From a virus (lineage: Duplodnaviria > Caudoviricetes): 25,303 bases of DNA. The stretch covers positions 1 through 25,303 of IMG/VR virus record IMGVR_UViG_3300005663_000536, one strand, 5' to 3'. The position numbers and the translations under genes were made by a program. The notes under the pieces were generated by a model. That model did not search any database and was not told the origin of the DNA. It was given only the letters and a program-made list of their open reading frames with translations. How positions within the stretch are numbered: the stretch's first letter is position 1; each line of letters begins with the position of its first letter. Shown piece after piece: positions 15,052 through 24,200 of the stretch.

Positions 15052-15453
15052 ATGGGGACCATTCACGGAAAAAACGCCGTGCTCTACATGGCGGGGACCG
15101 CAGCCGGGAACGCCGTGCAGATCGCGGAGGCGGCCGAGTTCACGATCGACACCGACCGTGACCTCGATCCGGATCCCGCACTCGGGGACGAGTGGGAGAC
15201 GAAGCTCAAGGGGCTGAAGCGCTTCTCGGGATCGTTCAACGGGAACTTCGACGACGCGCAGAAGGTCGTCTTCGACGCGGTCGACGCAGACGACGACGCC
15301 GTTGGGTTCTATCTCTACCCCGCGGTGAGCGCGGTGACGCGCTACTACTACGGAGACATCTTCCCCGTTGTGTCGATCTCGGGCGGCACGGGTGGGCGGG
15401 TGACCTTCGCGGTGACGTTCGACGGGCAGGGACAGCTCGCCACGAACCCGTAG
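15052..15453 (+). CDS. Major tail tube protein
   Basis: Strong GGAGGAG RBS; 133 aa acidic beta-rich; IHGKN, GD.W.T...GLK.FSGSF.G.FD, YLYP....YY.G, terminal F.G.G.L; upstream of chaperone and tape measure. Confidence 0.8.
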   Translation: MGTIHGKNAVLYMAGTAAGNAVQIAEAAEFTIDTDRDLDPDPALGDEWETKLKGLKRFSGSFNGNFDDAQKVVFDAVDADDDAVGFYLYPAVSAVTRYYYGDIFPVVSISGGTGGRVTFAVTFDGQGQLATNP

Positions 15454-15461
15454 GCGTCTCG

Positions 15462-15851
15462 ATGCGCGCGCAGGGGATCACTGGCGAGCTGCGCGCCAGC
15501 TATCACGTCGCGGCTCGCCTCGGTCGGTGGACGATGGAGTCGATCCTGACTCTGCCGGTGCGCCGCTATGCGGTGAGTGCGCAGGTCTACGACGTCGACG
15601 CCTACTGGATCACGCAACCCGTCGCGCTCATTCTCTACATGGGTCGTGAGAGCTGGGTCTGGGCACCTGCGCAGACCCAGCTTCGCGACCGTCTGCCCGA
15701 CAACGTGCTGCTGCAAGTGCTCGATCGTCCGTTCACCTTGAAGGAGGTTCCATGTCCACACAGCGCAGTGATGACTTTAATCCGTGGGTCTGCCAGCCCG
15801 AGACCGTCCAGCTCGACCTCGAATGGCGCGGTCGCGCGTTCTACATCCTGA
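15462..15851 (+). CDS. Hypothetical protein between tail tube and chaperone
   Basis: ATG 8 nt after the tail tube stop; fills an otherwise empty 300 nt; its last ~33 codons overlap the chaperone and look non-conserved. Confidence 0.5.
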   Translation: MRAQGITGELRASYHVAARLGRWTMESILTLPVRRYAVSAQVYDVDAYWITQPVALILYMGRESWVWAPAQTQLRDRLPDNVLLQVLDRPFTLKEVPCPHSAVMTLIRGSASPRPSSSTSNGAVARSTS

Positions 15852-16222
15852 TCAAGAAGCGGCTCAACACCGGGGAGGACCGGGCCGTGCGCGGCGCGGC
15901 GATCCACGGGATGCGCGGCTTCGCCAAGCCAGGGCAGGACCCGAAGGACGTCGACCCCGAGCTGCTCCTGAATTGGAAGCTCGCCGGCTACACCCGGCTG
16001 GAGACCTACATCGTCGAGTGGTCGCTTGCGACCGACGCGGGCGTCAAGCTCCCGATCCCGTCGAAGGATCGCGGGCAGCTCGAAGCGCTCGACTCGGCCC
16101 TGACCGACGTCATGGAGGATGCCATCACGGCGTTCATCGAGGCGCGAGACGCGGCGGAGGAGCCGCTAAAAAAAGTGGGGAGCAGCTCGATCGAGACGAG
16201 CGCAAAAAAGCTGAGCGCCTGA
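15752..16222 (+). CDS. Tail assembly chaperone (lambda gpG analogue)
   Basis: GAAGGAGG RBS; IVEWSL...G..LP motif; slippery A-runs near its 3' end; upstream of tape measure. Confidence 0.8.
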   Translation: MSTQRSDDFNPWVCQPETVQLDLEWRGRAFYILIKKRLNTGEDRAVRGAAIHGMRGFAKPGQDPKDVDPELLLNWKLAGYTRLETYIVEWSLATDAGVKLPIPSKDRGQLEALDSALTDVMEDAITAFIEARDAAEEPLKKVGSSSIETSAKKLSA

Positions 16223-16383
16223 CCGACCTGCGGCTCATGCAACGGATGCGCTGCTCCTATCCGGAGCTGATGGCCTTGCCCCTCGACTACTACGACGAGG
16301 CGATCGAGATGCTCAACGAAGACGACCGCCGGCAGCAAGCCGCGAACGAGCGGGCGAAGATGCAGGCGCGGCGTCGAGGCTAA
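16168..16383 (+). CDS. -1 frameshift extension of the tail assembly chaperone (gpGT analogue; fused product 15752..16383)
   Basis: In-frame heptamers A-AAA-AAA (16168-16174) and A-AAA-AAG (16204-16210); the -1 frame stays open to 16383 (..LMQRMRCSYPELMALP.DYY...IEML..), ending 3 nt before the tape measure ATG. Confidence 0.8.
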   Translation, partial: KKSGEQLDRDERKKAERLTDLRLMQRMRCSYPELMALPLDYYDEAIEMLNEDDRRQQAANERAKMQARRRG

Positions 16384-16386
16384 CTG

Positions 16387-19300
16387 ATGGCGTTCTCTGC
16401 CGGCGAGATCGAAGCCATCTTCAAGATGCGCGATCAGCTCACGAAGGAGCTGAAGCGCGTCGTGGTCGAGCTCCGTCAAGCCGGGAAAACCGCCAAGGAC
16501 GTCGGTCGACAATTCGAGACAGTCGGGACGAAGGTGCAGTCGGCCGGGTCGGCGATGCTGCCGTTCTCGGCCGCGCTCGCCGCCGGTGCCATCGCCGCGT
16601 TCAAGTTCGGGAACGACTTCGACGTGTCGATGACCAAGATCATCACCTTGGTCGGCATCGGCGCGACCGAGGTCGACGGGATGCGGAAGACCGTCCTCGA
16701 TCTCGCCGGCGCGACGGCGAAGGCGCCGCAGGAACTCGCCGACGCGCTCTTCGTCGTGACCTCGGCCGGCGCGCGTGGGGCCGAGGCGCTGGAGATTCTT
16801 GAGGCGGCGGCGAAGGCGTCGGCCGTCGGCCTCGGGGCGACCGAAGATATTGCGCGCGCGGTCACGTCGGCGCTCACGGCCTACGGGAGCGAGAACCTCA
16901 GCGCGTCCCAAGCCACGAACGTGCTCTTCAAGACGGTCCGCGAAGGCAACCTCAACGCGGGAGAGCTGGCCAGCTCGCTCGGTCGCGTCATCGGTGTCGC
17001 GGCCGAGATGGGCGTGTCGTTCGCCGACGTCGGCGCGGTGGTCGCGACCTATACCCGCCTGGGCGTCAGCGCGGAAGAGGCGACGACGGGCCTGCGGTCC
17101 GTGCTGACGGGGCTGCTGGCGCCGACCACGGAAGCGGCGAAGGTCCTGGAGTCGGTGGGGCTCTCGGCCGAGGGGCTCCGCAAACAGATCAAGGATGAGG
17201 GGCTGCCTGCGACCCTGGTCGGGTTGTCGAAGGCGTTCAAGGGCAACACCGAAGCGCTCGCCGGCGTCATCCCGAACGTCCGCGCGCTGTCGACCGTGCT
17301 CGGCGTCGCCGGGTCGCAGAGCGAGTCGTTCCTCCAGATCGCGAAGTCGATCGCCAGCGAGAACGACGCGCTCGCCGAAGGCTTCGCGACCGTCGCCGAC
17401 ACCGTCGACTTCAAGTTCAACAAGGCCCTGACGGATCTCCAGACAACGGCCATCTCCACCTTCGAGGCGTTCAAGGGGCAGTTCGCGTTCATCATCGAGG
17501 GCTTCACGACGATCGTCGGGGCGCTCCAGCGGGCCGTCGACGTCCTCGAAGTGCTCTCGCCGACGGCGAAGAACGTCGTCGCTGGGCTCGTGGCGCTCGG
17601 GGCCGTGGCGGCGCCGGCGCTCATCGTGCTCGGCAGTGCGATCCGTGTGGTCGGCTTCGCCATGCAGGGCCTCGGGGTCGCGACCGCCGCGGGCGGTCTC
17701 TCGTTCGCAGGCTTGACCGCCGTGCTCATCCCGCTCGCCACCGTCGTCGCGATCGCCGCTGCCGCGTTCGCCCTGTTCAAGTTCCTGGAGTGGATCGGCC
17801 TGGTCGATTTTCTGAGTGATTCCATCGAGAGTCTGGCCGCGAGCATGGCGGGCGTCACGGACGCCGAACTCGCCGCGACGCGCGAGGCGCGGGCGTTCGC
17901 CGAGGGCCTGGGGAGCACGGCCACCGTCGCCGAACGCCTGGCGACGCAGCTCGGCGGCGCCGGGCTCATCAGCGACATGAGCATGCTCGAAGGGTTGATG
18001 ATCAACCTCGCCCAGGCGGGCCTGCTGGACGCCGCCGCGATGAAGACGCTCGCCGATCGCGCGAAGGACCTCCAGGCGGGCGGCCAGGAGTTGACGACGG
18101 GACTCGCGCGTGTCGTCGCCGAGATGGATCGCCAGGCGTTCAGCGCCGACAAGGCGGGGGCGGCCCTGGTGCGCGAGAAGCAGGCGTCGGCCGATGCCGC
18201 CAAGGCCGCGGGAGAGCTGGAGAAAAGCCAGACGGCGATCAACGCGGCGTTCACCGAGCTGGGCTTCACGACGATCCCGGAGGTCACGAAGGAACTCCGA
18301 TTGCTGGAAGCGGTCGAGCGGAAGGCCATCGCCGCCGGCACGTCGGAGCGGGACGTCGCGGCGCTTCTCTCGGATGCCTACACCGAACTCGCGGACCGGG
18401 CGAAGGCGTCGGGTCTCGGCATCGACGCGCTGACCGCCGCCGTCGACCGGAACCGGGGCACGATCCAGCAGACCATCGAAGTGATTGACGTCGCGGCGGT
18501 CGGGGCTGGCGTGTTCGGGGTTGCGATGCAGGGAAGTGCCGGCAACGTCGAGGGGCTGAGCGAGTCGGTGCTCGACGCGCGGCAGAAGGCGGCGGACATG
18601 GCCGACGCCTACAAGCTGCTGGGGGTGACGACCACGTCGTCCCTGACCGAGGCGCGCATCGCGGCCCAGGAAGCGTTCACCCTGATCAAGGAGAGCGGCA
18701 CGGCCACCAGGCAGGAGGTCGAGGTCGCGATGATGGCGCTCGCCGACGCGGTCAAGGCCGAGACCGGACGGGCGGCGACGTTCGGCAGCCAGGCGTTCCG
18801 GACGATGGCGACGGCGATCGAGGGGAGCTTCGCGCAGATGACCGCGGGGACGAAGAGCTTCGCCGACGCGTTCAGCGACATCTGGAACTCGTTGAAGGCC
18901 GGCTTCCTTGGCGGCCTGACGGAGATGCTCGGCGGGTTCCTCGGGAAGTTCATCCCCGGCATGAACCAGGGCTTCTCGTCACTGAGTGGAACGGCGTCGA
19001 CGGCACTGACCGGCGGCGGTGGGGTCAGCAGCATCTTCGGCGGCGTGTTCAAGGAGGGCGGCAAGCTCGCCGGAATCATGGGCGCGTTCGGCGGGCTCGC
19101 GGGGACCGCGATCACGGGCGGGCTCCTCGCGCTCGCGCCGCTCGCGGCGAAGGCGCTGGTGCCGCTGGGGAAGGCCGTCTGGGGTGGCCTGAAGAAGATC
19201 GGCGGCTTCTTCAAGGGCATCTTCGGCGGGCCGAACGCCGCCGAGCTGGCCGGGCGCGAGATCGCGGAGCAGTTCACGGCCACCGCGGGGTCGATGCTGA

Positions 19301-20367
19301 ACGACACGGCGCGGATCGAAGCGGGGAACGAAGCCTGGAAGATCGACGTCATCGCCGTCCGCGACGCCTACCTCGCGCTCGGCCTGTCAGAAACGCAAGC
19401 CCTGGCCGACGTCGAGGCGATCTGGGACGCGACCGCGAAGGGGCCGGAAGCGACGCAGGCGGCCGTCGAGAAGGTCATGGGGCCGATGACCGAGGCGCTC
19501 CAGCTCGCCGAGACCGTCGGCGCGCCGAGCGTGCAGGCGCTCCGGGACGCGATCATGGACGCGGAGACGCGCGGCGTGTCGACCGCCGAGGTGCTCAACC
19601 AGCGATTCGGGACGGAGATCCCCGAGGCGCTCGCGCAGTCAGTGGAGGCGATGGTCGGCATGAGCGATGCGATCGTCGCGACGGGCGAGACGACGAAGGA
19701 AGCGACCGGCGTCATGGCCGAGGCGGTCGCCGCCGTGGGCGAGAACATGTTGGAGGTCGGCAAGACGACGGCCGACGTGACGGCGGGGATGAGCAAGGAC
19801 GCGCAGTTGGCGACCGACACGTTCGTCGCCGGCACGGGCGAGATTCAGGTCGGGCTCGGGCTCGTGAAGATGTCGTCGGACGAGCTGCTTCAGGGCATCG
19901 AGAAGATGAGCGGCGGCGCGCAGGGTGAGTTCGAGGCCGTGCAGGGCGCCATCGGCTCGACCGGGCAGCTCTCCGACGAGCTGCTCGCGAAGATCCAGGC
20001 GCTCGACGCGCAGGATGTCGTGATCGATGTCTCCTTCGACGTGGGGAAGTTCCCGAATTTGCCGGGCCGTCTCTCAAGCGAAGTCGAAAGGCTTCAACGC
20101 GGCGGCATCGTGCGTCGGCCGACGCTCGCGCTGCTCGGTGAAGCCGGACCCGAGGCAGTCATCCCACTCGACGGCAGCGGTGGCGGTGGCGGCGGCGCCG
20201 GCGAGGTGAACGTCGAGATCAACATCAGCGCGCTCGATGGCGCAGATGTCAAGCGGGTCTTCGACCGGAAGATCATGCCGCTGCTCGTGAAGACGTTGCG
20301 CGGCAACCGGGCACACGGACGGTCCGACATCCGCGACGCGATGAACGTCAACGAGGAGAAGCGCTAG
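16387..20367 (+). CDS. Tail tape measure protein (TP901-family core)
   Basis: 1326 aa Ala/Gly-rich helical; N-terminal TP901-like core (FD..M..I..L.G, ELADALF.V.SAG, G.SA.EATTGLR), hydrophobic segment ~17570-17810, C-terminal GGIV.RPTLALLGEAGPEAVIPL. Confidence 0.95.
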   Translation: MAFSAGEIEAIFKMRDQLTKELKRVVVELRQAGKTAKDVGRQFETVGTKVQSAGSAMLPFSAALAAGAIAAFKFGNDFDVSMTKIITLVGIGATEVDGMRKTVLDLAGATAKAPQELADALFVVTSAGARGAEALEILEAAAKASAVGLGATEDIARAVTSALTAYGSENLSASQATNVLFKTVREGNLNAGELASSLGRVIGVAAEMGVSFADVGAVVATYTRLGVSAEEATTGLRSVLTGLLAPTTEAAKVLESVGLSAEGLRKQIKDEGLPATLVGLSKAFKGNTEALAGVIPNVRALSTVLGVAGSQSESFLQIAKSIASENDALAEGFATVADTVDFKFNKALTDLQTTAISTFEAFKGQFAFIIEGFTTIVGALQRAVDVLEVLSPTAKNVVAGLVALGAVAAPALIVLGSAIRVVGFAMQGLGVATAAGGLSFAGLTAVLIPLATVVAIAAAAFALFKFLEWIGLVDFLSDSIESLAASMAGVTDAELAATREARAFAEGLGSTATVAERLATQLGGAGLISDMSMLEGLMINLAQAGLLDAAAMKTLADRAKDLQAGGQELTTGLARVVAEMDRQAFSADKAGAALVREKQASADAAKAAGELEKSQTAINAAFTELGFTTIPEVTKELRLLEAVERKAIAAGTSERDVAALLSDAYTELADRAKASGLGIDALTAAVDRNRGTIQQTIEVIDVAAVGAGVFGVAMQGSAGNVEGLSESVLDARQKAADMADAYKLLGVTTTSSLTEARIAAQEAFTLIKESGTATRQEVEVAMMALADAVKAETGRAATFGSQAFRTMATAIEGSFAQMTAGTKSFADAFSDIWNSLKAGFLGGLTEMLGGFLGKFIPGMNQGFSSLSGTASTALTGGGGVSSIFGGVFKEGGKLAGIMGAFGGLAGTAITGGLLALAPLAAKALVPLGKAVWGGLKKIGGFFKGIFGGPNAAELAGREIAEQFTATAGSMLNDTARIEAGNEAWKIDVIAVRDAYLALGLSETQALADVEAIWDATAKGPEATQAAVEKVMGPMTEALQLAETVGAPSVQALRDAIMDAETRGVSTAEVLNQRFGTEIPEALAQSVEAMVGMSDAIVATGETTKEATGVMAEAVAAVGENMLEVGKTTADVTAGMSKDAQLATDTFVAGTGEIQVGLGLVKMSSDELLQGIEKMSGGAQGEFEAVQGAIGSTGQLSDELLAKIQALDAQDVVIDVSFDVGKFPNLPGRLSSEVERLQRGGIVRRPTLALLGEAGPEAVIPLDGSGGGGGGAGEVNVEINISALDGADVKRVFDRKIMPLLVKTLRGNRAHGRSDIRDAMNVNEEKR

Positions 20368-20368
20368 C

Positions 20369-21205
20369 GTGGCGAAGCTCCAATACATCAGGCCGTCGGA
20401 CAACCCGGTCGGCGCGCTGCTGGCCAGCGCGTTCACCGTCGAGAGCGGCGGCGAGGATGGCGCGTTCCCGGCCGAGAACATCGGCGACCTGAACGTGGCG
20501 AAGCCGGCGAAGCTCACGTCGACGAGCGGCCGGTGGGAGATCGACCTCGGCAGCGCGCAGGAGATCAACCTCGTCGCGCTCATCCATCACAACTTCGACG
20601 CGGGCCTGGGCGTGCGCATCCAGGGCAACTCGGTCGCGGCGACCTGGGGTGCGCCGCCGCTCGACGAAGCGATCACGATCCCGGCGTTCGACCTCGACCG
20701 GTTCAGCGTCAACCCGTTCGTCGACCTGACTGGCGTGAGCCCGCGGACGTTCCAGTATTGGGCCGTGGAGATCGTCGGCGCCAACACCGAGTTCCCCGCG
20801 CTCGGCCAGGTCATCCTCTCGGGGGCGTTGCGCTCGTTCGGTCGGAACGTCCTGTTCGAGTCGAGCGAAGGCGAGATTCTGCCGGCGCGCGCGAACACGA
20901 CCGACCTCGGCGTGCCCTGGGCTTACCGCCTGGGCTCGAAGTGGCGCACGCGGAACGCGTCGTTCTTCCGCGGCGACAGCGGGGTCGACTTCGCCGACTT
21001 CCTCTCGCTCGTCCGGGACGCGAACGGGATCGCCCAGGCGTGGCTGGAGATTCCCGACCCGGCCGTGAACGATGCGCGGTGGGTGCGCTTCGGCGGCGAC
21101 TCAGTGACGGCGGCGCGCCAGCGGCTCGGCTCCCGGCGGGACCGGTGGCCCTGGGTGACCGAGGAGGTCAGCCGCGGGCTGACGCTCTACAGTTCGAGCC
21201 AGTAG
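20369..21205 (+). CDS. Probable distal tail protein with an N-terminal beta-sandwich domain
   Basis: Directly after the tape measure; FPAENI..L, WEIDLGSAQEINLVALIHHN, FQYW.VEI, LGQV.L pattern. Confidence 0.65.
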   Translation: MAKLQYIRPSDNPVGALLASAFTVESGGEDGAFPAENIGDLNVAKPAKLTSTSGRWEIDLGSAQEINLVALIHHNFDAGLGVRIQGNSVAATWGAPPLDEAITIPAFDLDRFSVNPFVDLTGVSPRTFQYWAVEIVGANTEFPALGQVILSGALRSFGRNVLFESSEGEILPARANTTDLGVPWAYRLGSKWRTRNASFFRGDSGVDFADFLSLVRDANGIAQAWLEIPDPAVNDARWVRFGGDSVTAARQRLGSRRDRWPWVTEEVSRGLTLYSSSQ

Positions 21206-21206
21206 C

Positions 21207-24200
21207 ATGGCAGTCTTCCGCGACTTCACCGGGATGGAAACGGGCCTTCAGGCCGCCGGCTGGACGCCGTCGCCGGGGTTGATCTTCTTCGTGCGCACGG
21301 CGCGGCGCACGGGGCAGTTCGGTCTCAATATCCTGAAGGCGATCGCAGCCGCCGGCGGGAACTACCGCTTCGACCTGATCCCGAATCCTGGGCCAGCCGT
21401 GCCGGGCGCGCCAGATCTCATCGGGAAGCTCCGCTTCTGGGTGCGCTTCAACGCGTTCCCGTCGGCTGATAAGCACGCGGTCGGCGGGTGGACCTTCGGC
21501 GACGCGACCTTCATCCTCGCGGGGCTCTACATCGACAGCTCGCCGACGAACGAGGCCGAGATTTTCGTCAGCGTCGACGCGATCGGCTTCACGTCGATCG
21601 GGACCGTCGTCAAGAACCGGTGGTATCGCGTCGAGGTCGACACCGTCATCCACGACGACACGTCGGGTTCCGCGGCGGATGACTTCCTCCGGGTCACCGT
21701 GCGCGTCCACGGCGCCGACGTCCAGAGCGGGTCTGATCAGAAATCCCCGTCGGTCAGCTTCCGAATAACGTCGGTCGCGATCGGGAGCCCGAACGTCGTG
21801 CCGGTGGCGACGGTGGACTTCGACTATGACGACATCGTCTTCGAGGTCCACGATGACGGCATCGCGTTCTCGGTGCCCGTGCAGACCGTCGTCGCGCCCG
21901 TGCCGGTCGACGTGATCGACGATCCGCAGTCCATCGGGCAGACCGGTGACCGCGACGATCTCGACGAGCGGCCGATGGACTTAGCCGACCTGGACGTCGT
22001 TAGCATCCCCGCGAACGGCGACCAGGTCATCATTCACCACCGGCCGATGTGCGTGCGGGGCGTCACGGCGTGGAAGGTCAACGTCGTTGCCAACGGGACC
22101 TCCCCGACGGAGACGCACGCGATCCTGATCTCGGGCGTCGAGTTCCTGGTGACCGTCGGTCCGACGGGAACCTTCCGCGAGGCGACGCGCTACGCCGACC
22201 TGACCGAGGCCGAGTTCAACGCGCAGAACATGGGTCTGCGGAACAAGACCGGGACGACGCTCGGACTGAACGCCATCATCGGAGAGCTGCTCTGCACGCG
22301 CGCCGAGGCGCTGCTCACCTCCGAGGACGCGGTCCGGGGCGACACGATCCCGATGACGTGGGTCGAGTTCATCGACTCGAACGACCAGGTGCACGTCTGG
22401 GGTGCGCAGGACGTCGCGGCGCCGCCGGCCCAGCCGACGCTCCCAGTCGGCGACGCGCCGCGGACCGAGCAGGAGTTTCAGGAGGGACGCGTCCTCAGCT
22501 TCTCAACGATTGAGCGCGGCCTGTCCGACTTCGGCGGGCAGCCCGAAGATGTGGCGTTCGGCTGGACGCTGAACGACAGCGACCGCGAGATCCGCAAGCT
22601 GCTCCGGGCCGAGGCGACGCGGGCCTTCATCGGGCGCGATGTGCTGCTGCGGGTGCACACGATCCGGGACCGCTTCCTGGAGATCAAGCCGTTCACGCTC
22701 GGCCGCGGCATCGTCGAGCGCTACAACCCGAGCAGCAACCTCCAGTTCGAGTTCGAGGCGACCGGCGCCGTGCTCCGCACGGATCGGAGTGGACGGAACC
22801 GCGACCAGATCCCGAGGCGCCGCATCTCACCGACGTTCTTCGGCGACTGCCCCGAAGACAATCTCGACGGCCCGGAGCCGATCATCTATGGCTCGCTCAG
22901 CTCGTTCCCGGACGAGTCGCAGGGCGCCGCCTCCCCGGCCGGCGTCACGGTGCCGCTGGCGGTGGCGAACGTCGCAGCGAAAGGGGTCGCGCAGTCCGGC
23001 GCCGCGCCGAGTGGCGTCACCGCGGTCGCGACGCTCACGGCGGGCTATCAGCACGAGATCATCACCTACACGGGAGACGGCACGACAGGCCGGGCAATCA
23101 CCGGCATCGGGTTCCAGCCCGACGTCGTGATGATCAAGGCGCGCAACGGGGGGAGTGCGATCGGGAGCGCGTTCAAGACCGGAGATTATGTCGGGCTCGC
23201 CTCGCAGGACTGGAACGGCGGGCTGATCGCGACGCAAGGCATCGAGTCGTTCGACGCGGATGGCTTCTCGGTCGGCAGCGACGTCCGGGTGAACCAGAGC
23301 GTCGTGGTCTACGTGGTGATCTGCATCTCGAAGGGCACGGAGGAGTTCTTCAAGCACGGCACCTACGTCGGCGACGGCGCCGACGACCGGGACATCGTGA
23401 TTGCGGCGGGCTTCCAGCCGGCTTATCTGTTCGTCAAGAACGAGACCGGCAGTGCGGCCGTCTACCGCGGGCTGTCGCACAGCGGCGACGAGTCGACGAT
23501 CCTGGCGTCGACGGCGCAGACCACCGACCTTATCCAGGCGTTCAACTCCGACGGGTTTCAGGTCGGGGCGGACACTCTCGTCAACCAGAGCACGGTGACC
23601 TTCTACTGGTTCGCGTGGAAGAACCTGAATAATGCGCTCGATGCCTTCATGGAGTCGGGGTCCTACGTGGGCACGGGCGGGACGCTGATCGTCAGCAGCC
23701 CGGTCCTGGCGCCGCTGTGGCTGATGCTCCGGCCACAAGCGGCCGGAAGCGGGGCGACGTGGAAGCACACGTCGCACCCGACGAACATTAGCTGCGATTG
23801 GGGCTCGCCCGCGGACGCCGCCGCCCGGATTGTGGATCCGTTCCCGACGGGGACCGGGTTCACGGTCCAGTTTGTCATGTCGATCCTCGGCGTCACGCAT
23901 CACTTCTTCCTGTTCGCCTCGGCCTCGGTGACTCTGGCAAGCGCCGGTGGCGGCGGGTTGACACCGGAGAACCAAGACGTCACGCGCCACTACCGCGTGA
24001 GCGCCATCGTGGGCGGGAAGGAGACGAAGCTCAGCACGCGCGTCTCGGCGACGACGAGCAACACGCACCGGTCGATCACGGTCACCTGGAACGTGGTCGC
24101 CAGCGCGACCGAGATCCTGCTCTACAGCTCGACGCGCCAGGACTTCCGGCAGTTCGCCTTCTCGCAACTCGCGGGTGGGGCGACGTCGTTCAGCGACGAC

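Noticed and set aside
10407-15461. Long N-terminal extensions in track ORFs 10407, 11284, 13031, 13905 and 15192
   Set aside because: The extensions overlap upstream genes; coupled or nearby starts at 10938, 12115, 13148, 14004 and 15462 fit better.
23067-23930. Diversity-generating retroelement TR/VR pair
   Set aside because: The repeats are diverged protein-level repeats, not near-identical DNA differing at adenines, and no reverse transcriptase is in the window.
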